IMG/VR virus record: IMGVR_UViG_3300014204_000116
Location: 95,891 to 159,890 of that record
Reading direction: 5' to 3' (one strand)
Length of the DNA stretch: 64,000 nt
From: a virus
Taxonomy: Duplodnaviria > Caudoviricetes
The notes beneath the pieces were generated by a model. The model was not told the DNA's origin. It did not search any database and saw only the letters and a list, made by a program, of their open reading frames with translations. The translations under genes were made by a program, and so were the position numbers. The first letter of the stretch is position 1, and each line of letters opens with the position of its first letter. Of this stretch, positions 54,921-62,783 are shown piece after piece.

Positions 54921-56114
54921 ATGAACTTTGCCCTACAAGGATTATACAAGGTGTTGGTGGTGGACGCCAGGACTAAACGCGTTCTTTGGGAGCAGCCTGA
55001 GTGGCGCAAGAACTTGATCTTGAACGACGGATTTGAACGTATTGCTACCAACTTTATTTGCGAAAATTTTTTGTACGCTTACGCCGGAACGGGCACCCGT
55101 TCAAATAACACTGATTCCTCGCTTACAGGGGACACAGCGGCGTGTGATAGCCTTGGAAATGTTACCCTGAATGTGGGTAGCACGGTTGTTTTCGATCTGG
55201 GGACACCAGGGGAAATAGCCAACATAATAAAGTGGACCAATACAGGATTTGAAGGGCGTATTTTGACAACGCCAACATCTCGAACAGCTACTATCGTGCC
55301 CGTTGGATCTTCGCAAACTGGGTCATTTGTCCTTTATAAAACCAATCAGTACGAGCTTCAATCCGAGACTGCTCGGACATCCACTTATTTTCCCGCTTCT
55401 CCCTGGTGCGGAACCGGCATAGTAGGGAATGAGGTTGTCCATCAGCGAACATGGGATTTTGCGGAAGAAACCACTTTGACGACCTACCACGAGATGGGAG
55501 TTGGGTGGAGTATGACCGCATTGTCCGCTAACACCACATTTTCAAGATTCTTGTTGCACTCGCCCGTGTCTGTGGATGTTGGGCAGCAGTTGAGGCTCAT
55601 ATACCAGTTACGGTTGGTTATGGTGCCATCTGCTGCAACAGCAAAAACGGCAAACATCGTTGGGATGTCTAGCACTACCGGCTACGAACAATTTACTTAC
55701 CTGGGTCTATCTAAAGTTTTGGCTACAGGCGTTACATCCTATGCAGATGCCGCAGGCTATTCCAATGAGCCGTGCCAATCTACGGGGATCAGAATTTTTG
55801 TATCGCCGGATAACACGGCTATTTCAACCGGTTTGGGCGCGACTCCCGTGGATCGTGTTTCCGGTGCTTTTGGGAAGGATGTGACATCCCCTGGCTATGT
55901 GGCTTATAGCGGGCAGCGCATTAAGGAGGTTACCCTGGCGGTGGGCGAGGGTAACATGACAATAGGCAGCATGGGTGTAGGCAGCGGAACCGGATATGTG
56001 GCGCGCGACTATGGGCTTGTTTTCGTGTTTGATACACCACAGGTTAAGGACTCCTCGAAGACACTCAACTTACAGTTCTATTGGAATTGGAAGAGGGTGT
56101 TACAGGCAGATTAA
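54921..56114 (+). CDS. paralog of preceding structural protein
   Basis: YKVLVVDARTKR..WRKNLILNDG..AGTGT..EMGV..GQQLRLIYQL. Confidence 0.7.
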   Translation: MNFALQGLYKVLVVDARTKRVLWEQPEWRKNLILNDGFERIATNFICENFLYAYAGTGTRSNNTDSSLTGDTAACDSLGNVTLNVGSTVVFDLGTPGEIANIIKWTNTGFEGRILTTPTSRTATIVPVGSSQTGSFVLYKTNQYELQSETARTSTYFPASPWCGTGIVGNEVVHQRTWDFAEETTLTTYHEMGVGWSMTALSANTTFSRFLLHSPVSVDVGQQLRLIYQLRLVMVPSAATAKTANIVGMSSTTGYEQFTYLGLSKVLATGVTSYADAAGYSNEPCQSTGIRIFVSPDNTAISTGLGATPVDRVSGAFGKDVTSPGYVAYSGQRIKEVTLAVGEGNMTIGSMGVGSGTGYVARDYGLVFVFDTPQVKDSSKTLNLQFYWNWKRVLQAD

Positions 56115-56506
56115 TGTACCAGTTAGACGAAATCATAGGAGCGGCTAACTACTGGCTGGATACCAGGGGAACGGCCCACACTGCCAGGAGCCATGTTGAA
56201 TGGGCCTGCAAATATCTTCAGTGTCCGCAGCCTCCACCGAATGATGACGCGGGATTCAGCCCCATACGACGGCGTATGCTGGAAAAGGGATGGGTCAGGG
56301 TTACGATCCCAGGCTATAGGATCAGCGTTGATTACTTCCAGATAAACAATGCACAGCTAGACTGGCTTAAAGAACAAGCCGATTCACGCCAAGTGCCCGT
56401 AGTCGATAATGAAGAAAACGTAATTTATACACCGGGCCAAAATGAAAGTTTAGCCCGGTGTATTGTAAGCACTCTGCTAGGAGAATATCCGGGTATTGCG
56501 CGATGA
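56114..56506 (+). CDS. hypothetical protein with C-terminal ARCIVSTLLGE tag
   Basis: TAATG overlap; YWLD..H..WA..MLEKGWVRV. Confidence 0.65.
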   Translation: MYQLDEIIGAANYWLDTRGTAHTARSHVEWACKYLQCPQPPPNDDAGFSPIRRRMLEKGWVRVTIPGYRISVDYFQINNAQLDWLKEQADSRQVPVVDNEENVIYTPGQNESLARCIVSTLLGEYPGIAR

Positions 56507-56812
56507 CGTCGTAGCGTCGTAGACTTCCACGGCGAACTTCTTTCCTATCGTCATCAGAGTTTGTGCCCCGGCGCTCTTGGCCTTAGATAGCTGGACGTAC
56601 ACTCCCGTCCGCATGTCTGTCACAGCCGCGATCTTGATGGCATCATTCTCAATCTCCCACGCGCCGATGTTATTTCGGGGGATGTCTTCACCCTTAAAAA
56701 GTTGTTGGCAGATTTTGTACAGCTCATGGATGGCTTGCTTGCCACCGACTTGCTGGCTTTTTGATATGCTGTCCAGGACTACCTGGTGATGGGGAGGAAT
56801 AACAATGTTCAT
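56477..56812 (-). CDS. hypothetical protein
   Basis: last gene of minus-strand trio; start at MNIVIPP. Confidence 0.55.
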   Translation of the reverse strand: MNIVIPPHHQVVLDSISKSQQVGGKQAIHELYKICQQLFKGEDIPRNNIGAWEIENDAIKIAAVTDMRTGVYVQLSKAKSAGAQTLMTIGKKFAVEVYDATTSSRNTRIFS

Positions 56813-57381
56813 AATGGTTTTTCGAAAACGGAGAATGCTCGCAGTCTGTTGTTGAAGCCACACATGACGCCGACCACGGCGACAAAAATTGCATCGGGCG
56901 GAGGACTCGGTATAATGTAATGAATGATCCCAACTCGTCCGCCAGGCGGTAGGACCGCAAAGGCATTTTCTATGAGCTTGTTTGGCTTTGGATACACATC
57001 TGATCCTACTGCGTAGTGGGCGGCATCAACCTCGCTGTAAGGTGGATCGATGAGAATGCCTGCCCACGGGACTCGTGCACCAGAGCCAGATGGGCTGAGG
57101 GGTAGGGTGTTGTCCCACGGGAGCCGGGCATCCTGTAAGAAGTCGGGCTCACACCTTGGGTCAAGATCGAGTGTTTTGTCGTTTGGCCCAAATCCACGTT
57201 TGTATGGGTATAGCTTAGCCAACCCACCACACACATGCAGCACTGGATCGGTTATCTTGCACCCCAGGAGGGCGCGGGCACGCTCGGGAAATCCGCCGAG
57301 GTAGGCACCGTAATATTTTTGGCCTCCTTTGAGCTTGGCTCGCGCCAGAATCCACATGTCGCATATCGGTCTATAACTCAT
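56809..57381 (-). CDS. putative amino-methyltransferase-like protein (DPPY)
   Basis: VLHVCGG..LDLDP..DAR..ILIDPPYS. Confidence 0.6.
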   Translation of the reverse strand: MSYRPICDMWILARAKLKGGQKYYGAYLGGFPERARALLGCKITDPVLHVCGGLAKLYPYKRGFGPNDKTLDLDPRCEPDFLQDARLPWDNTLPLSPSGSGARVPWAGILIDPPYSEVDAAHYAVGSDVYPKPNKLIENAFAVLPPGGRVGIIHYIIPSPPPDAIFVAVVGVMCGFNNRLRAFSVFEKPL

Positions 57382-57917
57382 GCTTTTGAACCTTCTTGTT
57401 TGGGATTGTTTATCCCACGGATAGCTTTCAGATCCGCGAGTTTCTGATCAGTGTCCTCCTGTACGGGCAGGAAAGTAGCGATTGCCAGGGCAGACCACGC
57501 ATGGCTGCTAATGCCATAGGTTGGGCCTGGTTTTTTCTTGTTGCCCGTTTCGCCGACGTAGGCAATCATGGCACGTCGAACATCGGCATCATTGGCTTTA
57601 TTGGAAGCGCAGTGCACCATTATGACGTCCTTACGCCTCAGGGCGTGGAACGGGATATCTTTCAGGAAGCAGATCTCTATTACCCGACCAATAAAGAAGC
57701 AGGTTTCGAAAGTTTCCACTCCTACCCTCTGGCCGTAGCTCATTATGGTTTCGCAGCAAACGGTTACGTCGGGCTCGGTCCAGTCTCGGAGGAAATTGAG
57801 CAAGTCTGCATTAGGCAGAATCTTGTGATCCAGCACGCGGTGGCTGGCGATATCCCAGACGACGTAAGCTCCGTCATTTGTCCCAGGATCAATTCCAATG
57901 ATTTTTCCGGCAGTCAT
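57378..57917 (-). CDS. RuvC-like Holliday junction resolvase
   Basis: IIGIDPG, CCET, ANDADVR, HAWSALAIA; start at MTAGK. Confidence 0.8.
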   Translation of the reverse strand: MTAGKIIGIDPGTNDGAYVVWDIASHRVLDHKILPNADLLNFLRDWTEPDVTVCCETIMSYGQRVGVETFETCFFIGRVIEICFLKDIPFHALRRKDVIMVHCASNKANDADVRRAMIAYVGETGNKKKPGPTYGISSHAWSALAIATFLPVQEDTDQKLADLKAIRGINNPKQEGSKA

Positions 57918-57959
57918 AGTGCGAATAAACGTGAATTCTATCGTTCTTAATAGAAGAAC

Positions 57960-59054
57960 ATGAAAGCTCAGCAGATAATCGAAAAATTTGGACTTCGAAG
58001 CACATCCCTGGCTGAAGGCGTCGTGGGCCAGAAGATGGCCGAGGAGTGTATCCAACGATTTGTAGACAGTGATCCTAGCGGTCGGGGAAAATACCTTCTC
58101 TGGATGTTTTACCAGGCTGGCGGGGGTAAGGAAAAGTTGGACCTGTCCAGGCAATGCTGGTTTGAAGGGTATAAGGATGATCCGCCTTTACGCGCAAAGA
58201 TGAAAAAGCGCTGGATCAGCGAGCGTATCGCCGGTTTTACAGACGAGGACACCGGAGAAGTGCTTAAGCCGGTTAGTGCCGAAGAAGCAGAAAAATTATG
58301 GATCGGGGCAGAACCTCAACTGAGGGACGATTTCATCTATGGAGACGAGGGTCATATTGCTAATGGTGGCTTTGGATTTTTTCAGACATGGGAGGCTTCG
58401 CGGGGCCGGTATGACCGTGTTGTGGCGGCAGTGGGCTTATTCCACAAGTTTCGGAGGTCACTCCGCGACCGGGGAATATGCACCGATTTGACTATCGATA
58501 AATATCCTACTTTGGCCGATCTTGCGTCGGCTATGGCTGACGTAATCGTAACTAAGCTCCAATTGGCCTATGACCACGATGTCGTATATGACGATTCTTG
58601 GCTTATGGTCGTGTGCCCCTACACGATTGGCTCAAGTATCCGCTATGGCATTTCTAAATGGTGCACTTCAAACAAGTCGGAGCTGGTTCGGATGTCACGG
58701 GGAGCACCTAATAGATGGGCTGAATACGCCGGAAAGTCGTCTTTGTACTACTGCCGGTTTAAGGGCATCGAAGGCATCGGCGCGTCGAGCAGCGTGGCTA
58801 TCCAGGTCATGTGGGATACCTGTTTATTCGATAGGACATGTAGTGATGGCGCTGCACTAGACAGGGTGTCCCACGCGAAATACTGGGATGCCGAGGACGT
58901 GCTCCACACCATGTCGGACTATCTCAAGGATCTTTCGAGCAATCCGGCAGTAGCAACCGGGCACTTGGCGGCGTTTAAGGAAGCTTTCTACGCTATTGTG
59001 CGCCACTACTCAACGTTCAATATGCAGCGTGTCGTAACCAGCCGGTGTAGTTAG
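57960..59054 (+). CDS. DPSxxGKY/WCT family protein (distant relative of 46134 and 47426)
   Basis: SDPSGRGKYLLWM..RYGISKWCTS; GTTCTTA 17 nt upstream. Confidence 0.65.
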   Translation: MKAQQIIEKFGLRSTSLAEGVVGQKMAEECIQRFVDSDPSGRGKYLLWMFYQAGGGKEKLDLSRQCWFEGYKDDPPLRAKMKKRWISERIAGFTDEDTGEVLKPVSAEEAEKLWIGAEPQLRDDFIYGDEGHIANGGFGFFQTWEASRGRYDRVVAAVGLFHKFRRSLRDRGICTDLTIDKYPTLADLASAMADVIVTKLQLAYDHDVVYDDSWLMVVCPYTIGSSIRYGISKWCTSNKSELVRMSRGAPNRWAEYAGKSSLYYCRFKGIEGIGASSSVAIQVMWDTCLFDRTCSDGAALDRVSHAKYWDAEDVLHTMSDYLKDLSSNPAVATGHLAAFKEAFYAIVRHYSTFNMQRVVTSRCS

Positions 59055-59057
59055 GGC

Positions 59058-59573
59058 GTGACAAGATTTGCTGTAAAAATTGTAGACGTTTTGCTCGAAA
59101 CTGGAGAAGCGGACCAGGATTATGACCAGGGTTTCTACGATTTACTCGTCGAAGAGCTTGAGCAAGCAGGAATCACCGGGGCGCGCCACAAAGAATTCGA
59201 CAAGTACCAGGGAGTTTATCTATTTATTCCCCATGTCGGAAAGTTCTGGACTGTCGGCGACGACGGATTGTCGAAGACTCTCCAGCTTGAGGATGAGCCT
59301 GACCGGCAATTCAATATTGGTTACTTCACTTACAACCAGGGTCAGGACACGGCCATAGAAGACGTCAGCGAACTCATCGAGTTTTGCAAGCGTAAGATCA
59401 TTCGTGCCCAGGGGCATCAAATCGCCATAAATGCGGTTGACTCGGCCATGGATCAAATGTCTGCAAGTGGTGAGCCCGTAAGCGGTAAGACCAAAGCTAC
59501 CATGATTCCAGTCACGCCTTCCGTTGGCCGATCAGGGATGGGGCAGGCTCCATCCCATTTTCCAACTCGTTAG
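59058..59573 (+). CDS. protein with N-terminal AVKIVDVLLE tag
   Basis: tag motif; GTAGTTA 11 nt upstream. Confidence 0.65.
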   Translation: MTRFAVKIVDVLLETGEADQDYDQGFYDLLVEELEQAGITGARHKEFDKYQGVYLFIPHVGKFWTVGDDGLSKTLQLEDEPDRQFNIGYFTYNQGQDTAIEDVSELIEFCKRKIIRAQGHQIAINAVDSAMDQMSASGEPVSGKTKATMIPVTPSVGRSGMGQAPSHFPTR

Positions 59574-61954
59574 TCTACCTGCGCATTTAGCACAATGTTT
59601 CCGAGTCGGAGCAGTTCGTAGTCCTGTGCCAGTGTTCTTACCGCGTTATTGCCAGGTGTTTCCAAAGCCACTCGGGTTACGCTTGACACGCCGTTTACGC
59701 TGCTCAAAACTGTCTCGATGCTGCTCTTGGACGCTCGAATACCTGATATTTCAGTGCCATAAATGGCTCCACCGACTGGCAGGCCCGTTGACCACGTGCG
59801 CAGTGCAGCGCGGATTTCACGCCGCTTTGACTGCGTATTGTCGCCTGTGTAGCCAATGTAGACATTAACAGATCTTTCCGTAGTGTAGCCGCCCACTTGG
59901 TTCAGCTTCATGGTAAGATCACCAGGCGCGCCTTTGAGCCACAGCCGGACTTGGCCTGTGAGGAGGTTGACCGTGCTCTTATATTTTTGTGCAGGCTCGG
60001 GATCTACCAGCTTAATAGCATCCGGTAAATCTTCCTGGCTGGCGCTGAGGTTATCGCCGTAAAGTTCTGCAAAGCCTGCTGTCGCTCCGGGGACTACCGT
60101 CAGCTCGTCGGGACCGAGGAACAAGCGGATGGACCAGGCCTGTATGGGAGCGACCGGTAACTGCGACGTGTATAGACTCGTGGTGCCATCGTCATCGGTC
60201 GTGACTGGTGCACCGATGCCGTTTCTTGATACGTCGTAAACGTAGTCGGATTGTAGTACCGTGAACAGCTCAGTTGAATTCGAGGGGGTCAGATCTGCGA
60301 TTGGCGTGGCCATGTTGATGGAATCCACCCCGTAAGTTTCATCGAGCTTGCGCAGCATATCCGAATAGATGAGCGCCTGTCCTGGCCGGAGGGCCTGTAT
60401 GGTGACTTTAAGCGTATCGTCGATGGAGTTTTGCACGTCGCTGACTGTAAAGCCCTGGAGTGTTTTAAACCGCAAGCTGATAGGCACAGGCCTACTGCTT
60501 CCATCGTATATCTGGACCAGATCCGTTGCCATAGCCTTCGTTTGCATATAGGTCTGCAACGATTGTTTAAGCTGCGGAGACAAATTAACGAGTCCGCCAC
60601 TCACGCCCGTTGTCCAGGCATAAATGATGACATTGTTGCCTTCGAGCAGGCTGTTTTCGGAACGGATGGATGCGCGCGCGTAAGAGACCGATCCAAGCAC
60701 TGAATCTGAAAAGCCTGTGGCGATAGTCTGGTAGTCGTCCAGCGTTACTGCGCGATCATTTGTCCGTGTGTTGTAGGGGATATTAACGCGCGCTTCCTCT
60801 AGTGTCTCCGCATCCCGTCCACCCTGGCCGGTCGATGTCGTGTTTGTGACCAGCACGGTAACCGGGCTGTATGTGCTTGGAATAATGCCGGTTATAGATG
60901 TGCTAACCGTGCTAAGTTCGATGTTGCCCTGGATGCCACCGCCGACGCGATAAGTGACTGCGATCACGCTATCAGTAGGCAATTTTGCGCCAAACGTCCC
61001 ATCGCCAAACGTAATGATGGTTTCGCCCGTTGCAAATGTTCGGATCTGATATACCTGATCATCCGCGCCCGACAGGGTAAGGGAACTTACCTTTGTCCAT
61101 ACCTCGTCATTCACTGTCACGGATGTGGAGTTGTCTATGACCGGGGATGTGCTGAGCTTAACTCCAAAGCTAGTCGTGTCGGATGTGGGGGCCGTAAATG
61201 TGTCCGTCACGGTTTGGCCTTGAATGAGCTGAATGCGCTTGTCAAAGATGACGGCGGTAACAGATGTGGTTGTGCCTGTATACGAGGGAGAGACTATGAG
61301 CCGATTATTGCTTATTGCACCGGGCGCGGCTTCGATGGCTTCGATGGTGTAAGTGGCCGTTTCGCCCACAACCTGGAACGTTTGGCCTGCCGATACATAC
61401 TGTGTAAGGTCAATAGTGGAGTCCGAAAGATCCACGTTGGTAGAGCCGTTGGTAACGTTGCAGGTTGTTGCCAAAACTTTGGCACCAGCTAATGAAGGAT
61501 CGAGGGTGACAATGACGGTCTGCGGTGTCAATTCTCCCGCATTAATGGTGTAATCCTGCACTACTTCAAACGGCAACGATTGAGAGTCTGACGTGCGAAC
61601 CAGGGTATTTTTCTGGATAACCACTTGTGTGGCCTGGGCGGTTTGAAGAGTTGCTTCACACGAGACAACGGCTGCGGTTGGGCCGCGAAGCTGATAGCCG
61701 GTTAAGGCTCCCAAGCGAACAGCGCTTTCGCGCACGGTCATGGTGGTAATGAATTGTTCTCCGGCCTGGCGATTTACCAGGAACGCCATCGTAGCCAGTG
61801 CCCAGGCGACGATATCGATGATCACCGTCCCAAAGCCACCGGTCAGGAAGTCATTCCAAAGTTTTGGATATCGAGCCCGGATGCGCTGTTGAAGGGCATC
61901 CTTTTGGGATTGATAGTCAAACTTGATATAGCGTAGTGTGTTTTCTGTGCTCAT
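59570..61954 (-). CDS. baseplate wedge protein (baseplate J/T4 gp6-like)
   Basis: DYQSQKDAL..WNDF..RESAVRLGALTGY..FGDGTFGA..YRVGGGIQGN..GGRDAETLEEAR..RAVTLDDY. Confidence 0.88.
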   Translation of the reverse strand: MSTENTLRYIKFDYQSQKDALQQRIRARYPKLWNDFLTGGFGTVIIDIVAWALATMAFLVNRQAGEQFITTMTVRESAVRLGALTGYQLRGPTAAVVSCEATLQTAQATQVVIQKNTLVRTSDSQSLPFEVVQDYTINAGELTPQTVIVTLDPSLAGAKVLATTCNVTNGSTNVDLSDSTIDLTQYVSAGQTFQVVGETATYTIEAIEAAPGAISNNRLIVSPSYTGTTTSVTAVIFDKRIQLIQGQTVTDTFTAPTSDTTSFGVKLSTSPVIDNSTSVTVNDEVWTKVSSLTLSGADDQVYQIRTFATGETIITFGDGTFGAKLPTDSVIAVTYRVGGGIQGNIELSTVSTSITGIIPSTYSPVTVLVTNTTSTGQGGRDAETLEEARVNIPYNTRTNDRAVTLDDYQTIATGFSDSVLGSVSYARASIRSENSLLEGNNVIIYAWTTGVSGGLVNLSPQLKQSLQTYMQTKAMATDLVQIYDGSSRPVPISLRFKTLQGFTVSDVQNSIDDTLKVTIQALRPGQALIYSDMLRKLDETYGVDSINMATPIADLTPSNSTELFTVLQSDYVYDVSRNGIGAPVTTDDDGTTSLYTSQLPVAPIQAWSIRLFLGPDELTVVPGATAGFAELYGDNLSASQEDLPDAIKLVDPEPAQKYKSTVNLLTGQVRLWLKGAPGDLTMKLNQVGGYTTERSVNVYIGYTGDNTQSKRREIRAALRTWSTGLPVGGAIYGTEISGIRASKSSIETVLSSVNGVSSVTRVALETPGNNAVRTLAQDYELLRLGNIVLNAQVD

Positions 61955-62067
61955 GGGAAATTTAGTAGTGCCAGATCTTTTCCAAAATGCCCCGTGGCAA
62001 CTTGGGTATATGACCAAGCTGTATCTTCGACTTTGAACAAGCCGGGATGCCTATCGTGTTTTGCCAC
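61951..62067 (-). CDS. small 38-aa ORF coupled to baseplate gene (not in ORF track)
   Basis: GTG 11 nt after GTAGTTA; its TGA overlaps the baseplate ATG (ATGA). Confidence 0.4.
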   Translation of the reverse strand: MAKHDRHPGLFKVEDTAWSYTQVATGHFGKDLALLNFP

Positions 62068-62070
62068 GCA

Positions 62071-62280
62071 CTAACTACCGTGGCCTGGAGGGGGTGATTG
62101 CAGGCCGCACGCGCTTATCAGGTAATTTGTGACCTTACCATCGGAATCCCCTCTTATCATGCTGTCACGGATAATCTGAAGCTTGCACAGCGTAGCAATA
62201 ATCACGCATCGGGCCTTAAACTGCTCTGCATTCGTGGTGGCCATTCCTTCGAGTGCTTTTATTTGATCTTCTAGGGTCAT
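62071..62280 (-). CDS. small hypothetical protein
   Basis: ORF tiling. Confidence 0.55.
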   Translation of the reverse strand: MTLEDQIKALEGMATTNAEQFKARCVIIATLCKLQIIRDSMIRGDSDGKVTNYLISACGLQSPPPGHGS

Positions 62281-62314
62281 TGTTGATTTTTTGTGTCAGA
62301 TAAAAGAACTAGTT

Positions 62315-62722
62315 TTACAGCCGAAAGATGCGATTATCTCCAGAATCCCACTGGAGCTTGATATCGTGGCCACTCGGCACTATCGGTAATCCAGCCGCGT
62401 TTGTGATGCACGCAATGAGACGGGACGTAGACGCCGTGCCAGTATCGCGGTAAATGACAACTGCGTTGCACAAGGGACCGGTGACAGCCGTGAAAACGAT
62501 ATCATCAGCATCGGCAACTCCTCCTGTGATAGTTTTTTGATCGAACGGGCCTGATATGGCGATGCGCGCAGAAACGTCAATATCAGAAAGCCACATATGG
62601 CCGGATAATGATGGCGTGTAGTAAGTTGTGTCAACTAGAACTGCACGAATAGTCATACTGGTCCAGCTAATTAGGCCGTCCAGAAAGGCTTCCCGGCCTT
62701 TATCATAGAGCGCGTTCTGCAT
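62315..62722 (-). CDS. phage structural (tail-associated) protein
   Basis: NALYDKGREAFL..IRAVLVD..GVADADDIVF..GLPIVPSG.DI.LQWD..IFRL. Confidence 0.75.
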   Translation of the reverse strand: MQNALYDKGREAFLDGLISWTSMTIRAVLVDTTYYTPSLSGHMWLSDIDVSARIAISGPFDQKTITGGVADADDIVFTAVTGPLCNAVVIYRDTGTASTSRLIACITNAAGLPIVPSGHDIKLQWDSGDNRIFRL

Positions 62723-62738
62723 AAATTAAACTTTTTTG

Positions 62739-62768
62739 TTGCAATACATTCTCGGATGTGGTTAACTT
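62739..62768 (+). promoter_or_regulatory. possible sigma70-type promoter (TTGCAA-N18-TAACTT)
   Basis: T-tract upstream, precedes helicase. Confidence 0.45.
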
Positions 62769-62783
62769 TGACAGCTTAAATAC

